DNA of 62,755 nt, the filler included, from Chiloscyllium plagiosum (Eukaryota), in the NCBI RefSeq assembly GCF_004010195.1. It is 4 parts of one record of this genome, joined end to end, with 100 filler letters (N's around TTAATTAATTAA, not from the genome) between each part and the next. Parts side by side here need not be neighbours in the genome. Positions count along the whole stretch, not along the records: positions 61,007 to 62,755 come from NC_057712.1; 3 more parts are not named here. One strand, 5' to 3'. The stretch's first letter is position 1. Each line of letters begins with the position of its first letter. Position numbers and translations under genes: made by a program. The notes below the pieces were generated by a model. The model ran no database searches. It saw only the letters and a list, made by a program, of their open reading frames with translations, and was not told the DNA's origin. This document shows, piece after piece, positions 62,586-62,755 of the stretch.

Positions 62586-62755
62586 CTGAAAATGTGTTGC
62601 TGGAAAAGCGCAGCAGGTCAGGCAGCATCCAAGGAACAGGAGAATCGACGTTTCGGGCATAAGCCCTTCTTCAGGAATCAGGAGGGAGGAGGGACTTGGG
62701 GGAGGGGCGTTGGAAATGCGATACGTGGAAGGAGGTCAAGATGAGGGTGAGAGGC
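62586..62755 (-). mobile_element. Penelope-like pLTR with hammerhead (62647-62674), cut by the window end
   Basis: GACGTTTCGGGCATAAGCCCTTCTTCAG is the reverse complement of the HHR core. Confidence 0.85.

Overview
Repeat-rich vertebrate DNA, most likely from a cartilaginous fish (shark). This is inferred from HE1-type V-SINEs, Deu-type SINE remnants and shark-like CR1 families. The window is not one contiguous locus: three artificial 100-bp spacers (N44-TTAATTAATTAA-N44 at 31780, 48186 and 60907) join four segments. The only host gene I can support is TOMM20: coding exons 2-5 lie on + at 48563-53075, and exon 1 was not found (probably beyond the spacer). Its introns 2 and 4 each carry a copy of the H/ACA snoRNA SNORA14, with an intact 18S rRNA guide pocket. 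The rest is decayed and often nested retroelements (CR1, Zenon/Crack-like, Rex1/Babar, Tx1/L1, HE1 and other SINEs) and minisatellites. The most notable signal is about 18 Penelope-like pseudo-LTR insertions of at least three families, many carrying a minimal hammerhead-ribozyme core (CTGANGA-stem-GAAA-NN-TH). Several form short inverted-repeat cassettes with 11-17 bp target-site duplications. Two enclose unrelated DNA between the arms: a tail-less SINE head, and about 550 bp of old CR1 plus unique sequence. Family names come from motif recognition, not database searches, and most repeat boundaries are approximate.
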